Source of the DNA: the human T2T-CHM13v2.0 reference genome, Homo sapiens
DNA: 64,000 nucleotides
Strand: one strand, 5' to 3'
NCBI RefSeq assembly: GCF_009914755.1
Contig: NC_060939.1
Position 1 is the first letter of the stretch. Each line of letters begins with the position of its first letter. The notes beneath the pieces are model-generated. The model saw only the letters and a program-made list of their open reading frames with translations. It was not told where the DNA came from and ran no database searches. The position numbers were made by a program, and so were the translations under genes. Below, piece by piece: positions 19,346-37,227 of the stretch.

Positions 19346-19659
19346 TCATCAGTGAACTTCTGTGGAGCCAAGTTGGAAAACTTTTCCCTAGAGAAGTATA
19401 GTTCTGCCAGTAACAGGAATGCACCCAGGATTTGGAAACACTGTGATGCTCAAGGGCCTCAGCTCACAGCACAGTAGAAATCCCAGGCCAAGCCCCTACC
19501 TTGCAGTGGGCACCAGGCTCAGCCACAGTGCTATGGTGGACACTCATGCTCAGGGCAAGTCCCTTCTCCAGCCACATACCGCCTGACGCTGCTCCCTGTC
19601 ATTGTGACTCCAGCCACCTGCCACTCTGGCCTCAGTTCATTATTTATTTGTTTGGGAGT
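19298..19659. repeat. Segment Y copy B (probable original)
   Basis: Contiguous with upstream L1M sequence; about 8 substitutions plus a few indels vs copy A. Confidence 0.9.
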
Positions 19660-20089
19660 AGGGCAGTGGACCTTGATGATCTGCAATGCATCAAGGAGCA
19701 TGTCTTTTGCAGTGTATAGTTGTTCTATAGGAGAAGCATCCTTCAAAGTGCCTACTCAGCCAAAATGCCAGAATCAGAAGGAAATCCCCCATTCCTGGTG
19801 TTTTTATTGGTCCCATAAATACACCAATAAAGCAATGAATAGAGGCTACTTTTATTTTTTTTTAATTAACAAATGTTATAAGTTATCAAAATATGAAACT
19901 TTATTTAGCTAATAAAATTCTTTATAAATTCCAAAGTATTCCACATATCCTATTATTTATTTACTCTTTTAGCCCCAGCAACTATATTTCTCAAATCACT
20001 TTACTTTCAAAAAAACAAAATGTTATCCCAAATTATTCTTTCCCTCCATTTTCCCCTGGAAAAAAATATTACTCCCATCCAAAGCCTTT

Positions 20090-20640
20090 CTAATTCAGTA
20101 GCTTTCCTACATGCTGGTAAGAAACTGTAAGACAAGGATTCCATTCACAAAAGCAAAAAAATTAAAAACTATCCAAGAATTAACTTCATGATGAATGTAT
20201 AAGGTTTTTTAAAAGGCAACTACAAGACTCTACTGAGACATAGGAAGGAAGATTTTTAGTAAATGGACGTATATACCATGTTCCCAAATGAGGAAACCTA
20301 AAGATAATAAAAATGTTAATTTCTCTATATTCATAAATTAATTTAGTGAAATCTCTATCAAAATCCCAATGGGATTCTTTGAAGGTTGACAAAATGATTC
20401 AAAAATTTATCTGAAGGAAAAATTTTTCCTTCAGATAGTAGAGAAGAAACAATGTCATTGAACTATGTGGAGGGAAAGAGGTTTATGTATTACTGGACAC
20501 AATTTTCATCCCTTCATTATTTTAAGTTAAAAATTCCCAGGAACAAAAACAGTTTAGAAAGCCACAATAGTTATAAGTGGCTCAAGAACAAACAGACCTG
20601 TAAAGAACAGAATATAATGTCCAGAAAGAGACTTAGGCAT
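20090..20640 (+). mobile_element. Old L1M ORF2 fragment
   Basis: CCATTCACAAAAGCA...AAATGGACGTATATACCATGTTC...ATCAAAATCCCA. Confidence 0.7.
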
Positions 20641-20998
20641 ATATTAGGGTTTTAAAAAATTATTTGTTTTTTAGATTGTGGTAAAATGTACATACATAAA
20701 ATTTACCATTTAACCATTTTTAAGTGTACACTCAGTAGCATTAAGTCCATTCACCTTGTGCAAACATTCTCCTCATCCATCTCCAGAAAACCTTTCATCT
20801 TGCAAAATTAAAACTTTGTATCCATTAATTTACACCGATTCCCCATTCCCTCCCCCACTCTAGCCCCTGACAACCACCATTCTTCTTTCTGTCTCTATAT
20901 GAGTGGAATCATAGTTTTATCCTTTTGTGACAGGCTTCTATCACTTAGGATAATGTTTTCAAGGTTCATCCATATGTAGCATGTGTCAGAATCATCTC

Positions 20999-21300
20999 TT
21001 TTTTTTTTTTTTTTTTTTTTTGAGACAGTTTTGTTCTGTCGCCCACGCTGGAGTGCAGTGGTGTGATCTCAGCTCACTGCAAGCTCTGCCTCCTGGGTTC
21101 ATGCCATTCTCCTGCCTCAGCCTCCTGAGTAGCTGGGCTACAGGCGCCCACCACCATGCCCGGCTACTTTTTTTTGTATTTTTAGTAAAGACGGGTTTCA
21201 CCATGTTAGCCAGGATGGTCTCAATCTCCTGATCTCATGATCCGCCCGCCTCGGCCTCCCAAAGTGCTGGGATTACGGGCCTGAGCCACCGCGCCTGGCC
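20999..21300 (-). mobile_element. AluY/Sc-like
   Basis: Poly-T, CAAGCTCTGCCTCC, TTAGCCAGGATGGTCTC. Confidence 0.93.
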
Positions 21301-21629
21301 CCTCCTTCCTTTTTAAGTCTAATAGTATTCTGTACGTATAGACCTCATTCTGTTGAGCCACCCGTCTACAGATGGATGCTTGGGTTGCTTCCACCCTTTA
21401 GCTATGAGGATAATGCTTCTATGAACACAGGTGTGCAAATATGTCTTTGAGACCCTTCTTTCAATTCTTTTGGGTATGTACCCAGAAGTGAAATATGGTA
21501 ATTCTATTTGTAATAATACAGAGTGGAAAACAGTATAAACCTCCTCAATAATTACAAATAGAATTACCATATGGCTATTATTTTTATAATAGCCATTCTG
21601 ATGGGTAGGAAGTGGTAGTCATTTTGATT

Positions 21630-21944
21630 TTTTCTCTTTTTTCTTTCTTTTTTTTTTTTGAGACAGGGTCTCACTCTCACCTAGGCTGGAGTGCAGTGAC
21701 GTGATCACAGCTCACTGCACTTTCAACCTCCTGGGCTCAAGCAATCCTCCCTGCTCAGCCTCCCGAGTAGTTGGGACTACAGGTGCATGCCACCACACCC
21801 AGCTAGTTTTCGTATTTTTTTTTTTCAAGAGATGGGGGTTTCGCCACGTTGCCCAGGCTGGTCTTGAACTCTTGGGCGCCAACGATCCTCCTGCCTGGGC
21901 CTCGAAAAGTGCTGGGATTACAGGTGTGAGCCACCACGCCAGCC
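21630..21944 (-). mobile_element. AluJ
   Basis: GATCACAGCTCACTGC, GGGCTCAAGCAATCCTCC diagnostics. Confidence 0.9.
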
Positions 21945-22074
21945 ATTGTTGTGATTTTGATTTGCATCTCCTTAAGGATTAGTGATGTTGAGCATGTTTT
22001 CATGTGCTTATTAGCCATCTGTATCTCTTCTGTGGAGAAAGGCCTAGTCAAGCCTTTTGCCTATCTTTGAAGCT

Positions 22075-22540
22075 TTCCTCCCAGCTTTATTGAGGTATGA
22101 CTGACAAATAAAAACTGTATATAAAATGTACAACATGATTCTGGTATACATATACTGTGAAATGATTACCACAATCAAGCTAACCATATCCATCACCTCA
22201 CTAGTTACCATTTCTTCTGAGTGTTTGATAAGAACATATGAAGCCTCTTTCAGAAAATTTCAAATATACAGCACATTATTATTAAGTATAGTCACTATGC
22301 TGTACATTACGTCTCCAGAATGTATTTCTTTTATAACTGAAAGTTTATACCCTTTGACCAACATCTCCCCTTTCCCCTCTCTCCCCCAGCCCCGGGCAAC
22401 TACGCCTCTCCTCTCTGTTACCATGAGTTTGACTTTTTTTTTTTAGAGTCTACGGACAAGTGAGATTATTCAGTATTCATCTTTCTGTGTCTGGCTAATT
22501 TCACTTAGCATAATGTCCTCTGGGTTCATCCATGTTGCCA
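22075..22540 (-). mobile_element. L1MA8/9-like 3' fragment
   Basis: CCAGCTTTATTGAGGTATGACTGACAAATAAAAACTGTATATA terminus. Confidence 0.75.
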
Positions 22541-23216
22541 AAAATCCTTTGCCCATTTTTGAATTGTGTTCTTTACTTTTTTGTTATTGAGTTTTAGGAG
22601 TTTTCTATATGTTCTGGATAATAATTTCTGATGAAATATGTGATTTTCCAGTACTTTTTCCCATTCTGTGGGTTGCCTGTTTACTCTCTTAATAGTGTCC
22701 TTTGATGCACAAGTTTTTAATTTTGATGAAGTCCAGTTTGCCACTTTTCTTTTGTTGCTTATGCCTTTGGCATCATATCCAAGAAATCACTGCCAAGCCC
22801 AGGGTTGTAAAGCTTTTCCCCTAAGCTTCCTTCTAAGAGTTTTATAACTTTAGCTCTTATGTTTAGGTCTTTAATCCATTTTGAGTTAATTTTTGTATAG
22901 GATGTTAGTTAAGGGTCCAACTTCATTTTTTTTGCATGTGAACACATTAAATTAGTTTTTACAATTTAATTTATATAATTCAGTTATACAAGGAGTGACA
23001 TAGTAACTGATGGGGGAAAAGGCTATTCAATAAATCGTTCTGGGATAATTGTTAAATGTAAATAAATAAGCAGATAGAGAAATTAAAATTAGTTCCCTCC
23101 CACAAACCAAAATACATTACAAGATGATTAAAATATTAAATGTAAATAATTAACCACCCAGGTTACTGGCTAAAACTCACAAAAAGGCAACTGCTCCTCA
23201 AAAAAATTTACTGAGA

Positions 23217-23538
<322 letters not shown>

Positions 23539-23749
23539 TTATAAGTAAGTAATCAATAAAATGCAAAGTGGAATAAGAGGTCCCTTGCTGCCTGTCAAGC
23601 TAGCAGTGGTTAGAAAGAACAGTGGTCCTCACTTACAGGGCTGTAGAGAATGTACATCATTAAGAGGTGCGATGCTGTCAACTGGCAAAAAGTATAATAA
23701 ACAAAGCATGGGCTCTATGCAAATAAATTCAAAACCCAGGATGACAAAG

Positions 23750-24545
23750 ATAACTTGCTAAATTACTACAATTGATTCCCCAAAAGACCAAAACACTAAC
23801 TGTTCCCATAAACACCAAGAAATTGGAAATATGCTCAAACAGCTGTAGGCAAAGTCTTCAAAAACTTCTACGTATGAAGATTTCCAAAGCTGTTTAAATT
23901 TTTTCTGAGCACAGAGGGAAAAAAGGGGGAACTTCCAAATTGTCCTTATAAAGGTCAGTGTAACAATCACAAACCTGTAAAATATCACAAAAATAAGGAA
24001 CAGACCAGTGGCTTTTAAACAGAAGTACATTGTTTTTATTTTATTTTTCCTGTGCTGGATCAATATTTAATGAATTTCCCCCATGTATCAGGCATTGTTG
24101 GACTCTTTCAGATATTTAACTCCTTCCCCCTCATTATTTATTTGGCAAAAGTTACATTAAGTTATTCCCTCCCCTCACAAAGCAGGTTCTCCCTGACTTC
24201 AAGGGCCAACATCCAAACAAAACCAAACATGAAAGACAGAGACTCAAAAACTTAGCATTCCTCATCTACTACACATACTAGATATAAACACACAAATTTA
24301 AATGCCAAAAACTCATAGGACAGTGCATTAAAATGATAATTTTACTGGTACATCATTTTTAAATAAAAGGTTAGAAAACAGAATTCAGCAGTACATTTAA
24401 AAGAATGAAGAACATGGGGGTTCACGTCAGGAATGAAAAGATGGTTCTGCATATTAATGTGACGAAAATGAAAAATTCTTTCATTCAGTAGATGCATGGA
24501 AGACGTCCAATAGAATTTGATCTCCATCCTCTCTTTTAAAAAAGA
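23750..24545 (+). mobile_element. Old L1M ORF2 fragments
   Basis: A-rich degenerate ORF2 motifs such as CAGGAATGAAAAGATGGTT and TCAGTAGATGCA. Confidence 0.55.
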
Positions 24546-24552
24546 ACTCTTA

Positions 24553-25492
<940 letters not shown>

Positions 25493-25696
25493 TCTAGCTA
25501 ATAACACTAAAAAGGAAAAATAAAAGAAAGTTATAAACATTGGAAAGAAGAAGCAAAATCATTACTATTTGAAAATAAAGTGATCACCTAATTAGAAAAC
25601 CCAAAGGAATTGATTCAGAAGAATAAGAAACCATAAGAAAATTCAGTATGTTACCTGGTTACAAAATCAATATGTTGAAAATTATAATACTATATA

Positions 25697-26141
25697 TAGT
25701 TGTCCCTTGAACAAGAGGGGTGTTAGGGGCACCAACCTCCTGTGCAGTCAAAAATCTATGTATAACATTTTCACTCCTCCAAAACTTAACTGGTAATAGT
25801 CTGCTGTTGACTGGAAGTCTTACCAATCAGATAAACAGTTGATTAACACACATTCACATTTTGGATGTCGTATGTACTATATGCTGTATTCTTACAATAA
25901 AGAGAAAAGAAAATGCTATTAAGAAAGTCATAAGGAAGAGAAAATATATTTTACTATTCATTAAGTGGAAGTGGATCATCATAAAGGCCTTCATCCTTGT
26001 CATCTTCTTGTTGAGTAGGCTCAGGAGGAGGAGGAGGAAGAGGAGGGCTCAGTCTTGCCATTTCAGGGTGGCAGAGGTGGAAGAAAATCCACATATAAGT
26101 GGACCTATGCTGTTTAAACGCATGTTGTTCAAGGTCAACAG
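25697..26141. mobile_element. Tigger2a/MER28-like DNA transposon
   Basis: Terminal inverted repeats TAGTTGTCCCTTGAACAA / TTGTTCAAGGTCAACAG. Confidence 0.8.
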
Positions 26142-26147
26142 GATCAA

Positions 26148-26330
26148 TATTTATTGTGCCCTGAATATATGCCAGATATACTTACTAAGTTTTTATACTT
26201 TATCCTGACAACCCTAATTAGTATGTGTGACTCTTGTGCCCGTGCACATATGTGAAAATTAAAGCACAAAGAGATTAAGTGACTTGCCCAACGTTACAAT
26301 GATGGGCAGGGTTAGGACACAAGCTCTTAA
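26148..26330 (-). mobile_element. MIR
   Basis: GAAAATTAAAGCACAAAGAGATTAAGTGACTTGCCCAA core. Confidence 0.7.
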
Positions 26331-26877
26331 ACTATAGACAAACAGCTTTCCTACATATGTGCAAGCAAAGACTGGTTAGAAAAGAGAATACAATTAAAAA
26401 TTCCATTTATAATGGTAAGCAAAAAGGCAGAATATCTTAGAATACACAGATTTAATAAGAGGTGAGCAGGAGCAATATCAAGGAATCCTTAAACATCTAC
26501 TGGGGAACCTAAAAGACTTCATGACTAGATGGGAGGGAAATTCATTTTTTAAACAAAAAGACTAAATAATGTATAAGTTCCATGCAATTCTAATTAAAAT
26601 ACCAAAAAGGGGAAAAGAAAATCTATGCAATAAGAAGTGCTAGGGCAACTGGCTAGCCACTTGGAAAGAAATGAAACTTAATCTCTACGTTTCAACATTA
26701 AAATAAATTCCAGAGAAATCAAAGAGTAAAATATAAATTAAAACATAAATATTTGAGAAATTTGTAAAAGAATCTTGAAGTAAGCCTTTTAAGGCACCAC
26801 ACAATTTTAAGACATAATAGAAACAATTAATAAATTTAAAATGTATACGTTTATGGCTAAAAAAACCCACATTTGTT

Positions 26878-27320
26878 TGTGGTAGGAGGAATCTGTGTTC
26901 TCAATCCCAGGGCCTCTCTGCATCTGCATTAGAAGAACAAGTCTGTGCCTTTGACGTGTGAGGTCGGAGGCTCCTGCAGAGTGGGTGGAGTCCCGTCCCC
27001 ATCCCAGAATGAACTTGGCCATGGGATATGCCTGGTGGTGAGTGGAAGTGGCACATGCCATCGCCCCGGGCCTTCTGATGCACTACGTGCTACCTCTTGC
27101 CCTCCTCCTTGCCCAGGTGGCCACTGCCCCTTCAAGCCTGGGCCCCGGAATGGACAGATGGCACAGACACAAACCCCATGAGAAGCTTGCAACCCAAAGT
27201 GGAGCCACCCCAGCTGACCTGCAAACCCAGAGGAGAAAATAATGGCTCGCTACTGTCAAGCACTGCATTTTGGTGTGGTTTTTAATGTAGCATTATTCTG
27301 AAAAGGGCCAATGAACACAT
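26878..27320 (+). mobile_element. Old MLT1 (J/K/L-like) LTR inside L1ME
   Basis: GGAGCCACCCCAGCTGACCTGCAAACCC...AAGCACTGCATTTTGGTGTGGTTT. Confidence 0.6.
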
Positions 27321-28362
27321 TTATGGTTTAAAAAAAACCCATAAAACCAAAGGCTGGTTTCAAATAGGAAAAATATTTATAATACATAAACAGACAAAAG
27401 GTTTTCTTAATTTACAAAGAGCTCGTATAAATTAATAAAAGAAACAACAGAAAAAAATGGCTGAATACGATGAATAGGATGTTTAGATTTTTAATGAACA
27501 ATAAACATGTAACAGAATGCGTAGACCTACTCAATTTTCTAAAGCAAGTGAAAACAATAAGATAAGTATTTTTTTCAACGAGACTGGAAACATTTTGGTG
27601 AAGTTTTGGTAAAACCCAGTGATGGCAAAGGGCAGAGGGGAAAGAAAGTTCCTCTTAAACATTTCTTATGTTGGCATAATTTGATGTAGCCTTCCTTGGG
27701 AACAATTTCATAGCATCTCTCAAAATAAAAACTGTACATACCCATACTCAATGGTTTCAATCCTGGGAATTTAACCTGTGGATATACTAACAGAAACAGG
27801 CCAGCCTATTTACACAAGGACGTTTACTACAAAAACCTGAACCAGTGAGTAGCAATAAAGGGCTAGTTAAAAAGACTTCGGTATTTACATAGAACATGAA
27901 TATGTGCATTATAAAGTTTGAGGTAGATCTATTTATGCCACTGTGGAATGATCTCGAAGATAAATAACTGACAAGCAAGACACAGCCCAGTGTGCACTGA
28001 AGGATCTCTGTGTAAACAAGAAGGAATGGATGAATGCATTTACTACATAAACATTGCTCTCTTGGAACGACGCACAAGAAACCTAACAATCGGAAACTAG
28101 ATTAAGGAGGAGGCGAGGGGGAACTTGCTTTTAAATGTGTAACTTTCTGTAATATTAACCTTTAATCCATGCATGTATTATGTTAAGCATATTTAAAACT
28201 CTGCATACCATTGAACCTAGAATTCTACTTCTAAGAATTCCCAGTATTAACCAAAGGATTATGTATTTTGGAAACTGGAAACAACCGAGGTGTGCAGCAA
28301 GAGGGAATTACATATATTCATTGGGTCCTTCCTAGTTGCTGCCATTAAATCATATTATAGAA

Positions 28363-28364
<2 letters not shown>

Positions 28365-28409
<45 letters not shown>

Positions 28410-28425
28410 TATATATGTATATTGT

Positions 28426-28472
<47 letters not shown>

Positions 28473-28476
28473 ATAT
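28365..28476. repeat. Compound (TA)n(CA)n/(TG)n microsatellite at Alu tail
   Basis: Seen directly. Confidence 0.95.
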
Positions 28477-28767
<291 letters not shown>

Positions 28768-30479
28768 TAATGCCATGTAGAAACGTTCACACTAAGTGAA
28801 AGAAGAAGAAGGAAAAGCAGGTTGCAAAATGGTGTGGAAAGTGCATAATTTCCCTTCTGAGAAGCAAACAAATACATAAAGAAAATCAGCAGCTGCATCT
28901 CAAAGTTACCATGGTTATCTCCAGACAGTGAGATTTTGGCTTCCTCTTTATTTTTCTGTTTCCCATGGTTGATACACAACAGAGAAAACGCACTATTAAA
29001 ACCCAAGCCAGCGACAGCTGGTTCTGCCTCCTAAGTGAGGAGGCATAACCCATGCCAGTGGGTACTAACTCCCTCTAATGTTCCCATCAGCAGGCGGGAG
29101 AGGTGGACGGGGCCAGACAAATTCCACCACTTCAATGTGAGGGCCGATGGCTTCAGAACAGGTATGGAAAGGCTCTGGAAACAATGGCGGCCAGTCTGAG
29201 TGAGAGGCAGCAAACCAGAATCCCTGCACAGTGACGGGGTCCAAGGTGGCAGGATGACCAACAAGGTGTGTAGGGGAGGGACGGGGCCTGATCTGCACAG
29301 AAAGTGGTCAGCCAGGTGGCCATGTACACTTCTATGTGGGCTGCTGCTCCTTGATAGAGAATAATGAGAATTTCAGACATAAATGCAAGCTACAAGAATA
29401 AATTCCAACCAGGACCCAAACGTATTCAAGAGCCTCTGCCCCCCTCCCTTTCTCAACCCATTGTCAGAAAAAAGTATGAAGTGGGAAGGTAGATTGCCCT
29501 GCTTGAAAAAGAGTATTACATAAACCATTTGCAAATGACTTTTATTCTCTTCTTTTAGAAATCTCCTCATGGCACAATAATAAAAACAATGTATTTGTTG
29601 ATACAGAACATTAATTCCATTAAAATTGCATTATGTGTAATGAAAAGCTATCAGAGTATAATTATGCAAGCAAATTCACAGACTCACATCAACTTTTAAA
29701 TCCACTGGAACTATACAATAGGAACTGAACCTGTCTGGTAGACAAATTGCTCTTTCTTTTCCAAATCATTATGAATAAAGGCCACTGTACTAATGTCATA
29801 AACCGCACACTATTTATGCAAACTCTCAAATCCAGGACTGTTCCCTAGAGGTGCCTCTGCCTGGTTTTTCCCAGGACCAACCTGTTCTCAGACCCAGAGG
29901 CTGTGCTCCCATTCCTGACTTAGCCCCAAAGCAGGCTCCCTTCTCGGAATTCTTGCCCAGAGAGCCCAGTTGTACCCTGAAGGGAGCCTGGTTGCACCCC
30001 CAAAGGGTTGCCTGAATCCGCACACTCTCAGCCCTCTGCCCCAGCCTGGGAGCTGTGCTCTGCTCTGCTGCCCCTGGCTGGCCGCTGCAGGGCCCGCAGG
30101 CTGCTCTCCCTCCTCCCTGCTGCAGGTACTGCACCCAGGTGGCCCTCCTGCCATCTCTGCTCACACCAGGCAGCGCCACCCACAGAGACTGGAGTGCAGA
30201 GCCCATCTCCTGTCCCCACGAGGTTCTGAGAGGAGGCAGAGGGCCACCAGGACAGGGGAGGAAGGGGGCAGGAGGCTGGATTCCTGCAAGGGCACAGGAG
30301 TACATCCAGTGCCGCCCACTCCCGCTGATGATAGCCCCGGTGAAAAGACACACCCTGGGAAAGGGACTCAGTCTATGCCCCTCACTCATCACCTATGTCC
30401 ATCCCTGGGTTTAGACACTTCTAGGATCCCCAAACACAGTAGGGATATGGACAACTCGTGCCATGCTGGTGACATGAAG

Positions 30480-31700
<1,221 letters not shown>

Positions 31701-32375
31701 CTGCCTCCCCCTCAACCCCCAAACAGCTAATTACCCAGACTGGGTAGCAAACAGCTACAGGACCACGGGGCTACGGCACCAGCACCCCACAGTGCCGCTC
31801 ACTCATGCACCTGCCTTTGGCTGCTCAGCAGGTCCTGGGGGCCCACAGCACGCTTGTTTCATCTGCACAGTGCCCACCGGAGCAAGGGCCTGGTGCCATG
31901 GCACACATGAGAGTGAAGGCTGTCGGCACGCACAAGGTTGGCCAGCGCCCACCTCCGGGCGGGAGACTTTGTGCCCATGCTCCTGACCAGCTTCACAGCC
32001 CCACGGAGGCAGCACGGTCCTGAGGGGCAGTGTGCTGACTTTTCCCCTTTATTTTATAACCAAAACAATGCAAGTTCAATATAGAACAAGTTAGGAAAGG
32101 CAGATAAGCTGAAGGAAATAATGAAACCATCTACATTCACACGGCTTCTCCTCTAACTCCTGTTAACATGTGGCTGGGTTCTATTTAAATCGGTTTTTAT
32201 AAAAATTGGGTCATCATGTTGTCAATAACCTTTCCACATTACCATATAATGTGTCATGATCATGATGGCACACCCTGTAGGTATTCACTGACATCACCTT
32301 AATGGCTGAATGGGACTCCATTGTATAAAAATACAAAATACTCATGACCTATTATTCTATAAACATTTGGAATCA

Positions 32376-32708
<333 letters not shown>

Positions 32709-33178
32709 AATATTAAAAAATATATTAAATATATGAATATATTTTTAAAAGTATTTCATTTTTTCTGATCTAGTCATTCTTACACAATCTGAAGTCAAAA
32801 TTGTTCTGTAGAGAAGCTGCCACTTACAACAAATAGTTTTGCTTGTTTCTTCAGTTTACTTTCACATTTCTAAACTTGATGCTTTGACTGACTTCTGACT
32901 ATGAAAATTGAGGATTCTCACTTTCCCCTCCAACACACAGCAGACACAGCCAAATGCACACACTCGCTCTCCCTCTCCTCCTCACTTTCCCAATCCAAAT
33001 ATAGCAACAACCCACCTTTTGATATTTCAGCATTCAGTATTGGCATTATTATGACTACGTAAAATGTCACCCATAACTGAGCCACAAGGAGTACTACAAT
33101 TACAGTGCCTTTAAAAAAAATCACATCACAATATGTAACTGGGGTTAATTGCCTCATTTTTCACTTACATCTTCTACA

Positions 33179-33524
33179 CAGTCACACATGATTTAACAAC
33201 GGAGCTATGTTCTGAGAAGTGCGCCCTTAGGTGAGTCCATCATTGTGTGAACCTCACAGAATGCACTTACACAAACCTAGATGGCGAAGCCCACTACATA
33301 CCTAGGCTGTATGGTACGGCCTACTGCTCCCAGGCTACAAAACTGGGCAGCATGTTACTGTCCTGAACACTGTAGGCAACTGTAATACAATGGTGAGTAC
33401 TTTGTATTTAACACATCTCAACATAATAACGGTACAGTAAAAACATGGTATTAGAATCTCATGGGACCACCATTGTATACACAGTCCGTCATTGAGGGAA
33501 GCGTTGGTGTGTGGTGTACGACTG
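33179..33524. mobile_element. Tigger3a/MER7A-like DNA transposon
   Basis: CAGTCA...GACTG ends; TTCTGAGAAGTGCG, ACTTACACAAACCTAGATGG. Confidence 0.8.
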
Positions 33525-33815
33525 TATATCTATCAAAAATTCATCCTAGCTCTCCAACAGCCCTGAGGTCTCCCTCACCATGTATGAGCACATGAAGTCT
33601 ATCAAAAAATGAGGGAGCAAACCAAGAAAAGAGAAGACATGGGCTCAAGAAAACAGAGGCTCTAGCCCAGGAGAGAGGCGAAGGGGAGTCGAAGACCCAG
33701 GGAAGTCCCTAGGAGCCATAGTGCACCAGGCCAGGGCACAGCCAGGTAAGGAGGGAGCAGGTGACCTGGGTCCAAGAAGGACATATCTCAGCAAACCAGA
33801 GTGGTTTGCTCCCCA

Positions 33816-34124
33816 TTTTTTTGGGTTGGGGGGAGCCCGAGTCTCTCTGTCACCCATGCTGGAGTGCAGTGGCTCGATCTCCGCTCACTGCAACATCCAC
33901 CTCCCAATCAAGCGATTCTCCTGCCGCAGCCTCCCGAGTAGCTGGGACTACAGGCACCCACCAGCACACCCCACTAATTTTTTGGGGTTTTTTTTGCATT
34001 TTTAATGGAGATAGCGTTTCACCATGTTGGCCAGGCTGGTCTCGAACTCCTGACCTCCAGGTGATCCACCCACCTCGGCCTCCCAAAGTGCTGGGATTAC
34101 AGGCCTGAGCCACTGCACCTGGCC
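33816..34124 (-). mobile_element. AluS
   Basis: Antisense Alu with degenerate tail. Confidence 0.9.
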
Positions 34125-35487
34125 CACATTTTTTGATAGACCATATCCTCCACTAACTTTCAGAGAAAGGATTTACAGTAGGTGAAATCTGAGGGACCCT
34201 ACACGTTTAACATGTAAGGACAGAAATTTTAGGTTGCAGATTATTTTGTCTCAGAACTTTTTAGGCAACGATCTAATATGTGCTGATCTCCATGGTGGCT
34301 CCAGAGAGGTCTGATTCATCAGCAGATACTGGCAAGGACCAGCTGTTTACCAGGCACTGTTCTAGGCACAGGGGATCCAGCAGTTTAAAAAAAAGACATG
34401 CATAGTGCCTCCCTCATGACATCCTGGGGAGCAGCAGAGGAGGGAGACACAAAAATAAGAGTGAAACCACATGGCATGTTACACAGAATGAAGAAAAATA
34501 AGGTGGGAAAGTGTGGGCTCAGGAGCTGGGAAATCCTGGGCTTGTAGGGGTAACAGATCCCAAAAGGAGGAACGGCCCTGGTGGGATGGATGCCGGTTCC
34601 TGATGGGGATATACAGGACTCTACAATGGTGAGACGGTCTTTGTTTTTATTCACTGGGTGAAGTATGAGAAACTGATCTGAATCTGCAATCTCCTTTCAG
34701 TTCTGAGAATAACTCCTGTATCATTTTGCAATGATGATTCTACTTCCTTTGGTCTCTGCAAAGCCTATTTATATTCTCTGGCTGACCCTCTCATTTACTG
34801 TCTTCCCTATTTCCAACTTCCTGGTCTTTTTTTGTTGTTGTTCAGTTTTCTGAGAGATTTCCCCCAATTTCATCTTTCAAGCCTTTGATGATTTTTAAAC
34901 TTTATATTCTGAAATTTTTCAAATAGAAAAGTACAAAAATAAGAATGTTCAATCCATCTACTTAGCCTGTCACGTTAACAATTTTACTATATTTGCTTCA
35001 TCTCTTTTTCTTTGCTTTTCAAGATAAATTACAAACCATGACATTTTAAGTTTTTCAATATGCATACCTAAAATACAAGGACATTTTTCTATATAACCTG
35101 TGAGGCCATTAACACATCTAAAATATACTAATTATTAATAGATCATCTTTGTATGATTTCATACCCAATTCCTATTCAAATTTCCCAGATTGTCCCCAGA
35201 ATAACTTCTTGCAGTTAATTTGTTCAAACTAGCTTCCAATGCTTAGGAATTTGTTATGTGCCTACATGGTTGTAATTTTGTTAAGTAGCTTTAAATTTTC
35301 AGCTTGTTCTTTAACCCACATGTCTCCGGTTTTCAGGGTAGGCAAGGGTTTTAATACAATTATGGTTTCATCCCTTCACACATCCCACATCTCTTTCTTT
35401 GCTAGTATAATCTAGAATTTTAGATTCAAACTCATATTACATTGTTTTCATATTATACTCAGTATCTTTTTTCCTTTATAAAAATTA

Positions 35488-35906
<419 letters not shown>

Positions 35907-36877
35907 ATATTCTGTGTCTTTCGATGTTTTTTAAATTTCCACTTTCCAGTTATAACTAGTTTCAGTGTTCTGCATTAGTTCTGCTTAGCCATGATTCCAC
36001 CAACTCAAGCTGCTAACTTAATAGCTCAAACGTTGAATGACATCTTCACGAGACTCCTGTGAGGGTCCCCAAAGCCCCCGATACCTGAGCATATCTTCAG
36101 GGCTCCCAGGACCAATATGGACTGCTCGCCTGCTCAGCTATCATCACGTCTGAAGAGCAGGTCGCCCTAGCGCAGGTCTGGATTCACAGACTTTCCCCTC
36201 AATCACTGCAGATGCTGCGTGCCTGCCCTCTGCTTTATCATAGCAGAGAACTCTAAGGCCTGTCTCTTTGTTTGTATGTTTGCTTTGCTGAAAATAAGGT
36301 CCCCTACCTAGATGCTTGTGGAATCCCATTCTTGAATTTGCATTGATAATTTCCTTTCCTTTCTCTCTGAAACTTTTCTGGCATACTTAGTTCATCTCCG
36401 CAAGACAGTGTGTTTGGTGTTGCTTGTTTTTGCACTTTACAAAAACAGTGTCATAGAAAAAACATAGTATTTTTTCATGTGGTCTCACAGGCAGAGAACT
36501 AATTGGCTCCTGCACTGCAGGTCTCACTCCCCTGCAGGGGCTGCTCTGGTGGAAGCCAGAGCAGGGCTGCCCCAGGAGCAGCCCTGGGGCAACAGAGACT
36601 TGAGGCGACGGGTCTCGGGGAGGCAAGCCTGAAATGTGCTCGGTAACTGCACTCCAGTCCCCTCAGGAGCCAGCACGATCACCCGCCGTAGCCAACTGGG
36701 TAACACACTTGGACTAGCTATCCTTCCTCCCTGCCTCCCTCTGCCTTCCTGACTGTGCTCTGCGCAAACAAGAGAGATTCCTGCTAGTCCTGCTCTCAGT
36801 CTGCTTTCAGGGTCATCCAGGCTAAGAACATTCACGTTCCTAAGATTCCTTTATCATGTTGTTGCACACAGCTATAG

Positions 36878-37227
<350 letters not shown>

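Larger units (their letters stand above)
20665..22945 (-). mobile_element. L1MB-type 3' fragment interrupted by two Alus and an L1MA
   Basis: ATTGTGGTAAAATGTACATACATAAAATTTACCATTTAACC terminus; ORF 22526..22744 [14 protein letters not shown]. Confidence 0.8.

Noticed and set aside
36541-36586. Two overlapping 9-bp-stem hairpins as a structured RNA
   Set aside because: Too short, and no tRNA, snoRNA or miRNA hallmarks
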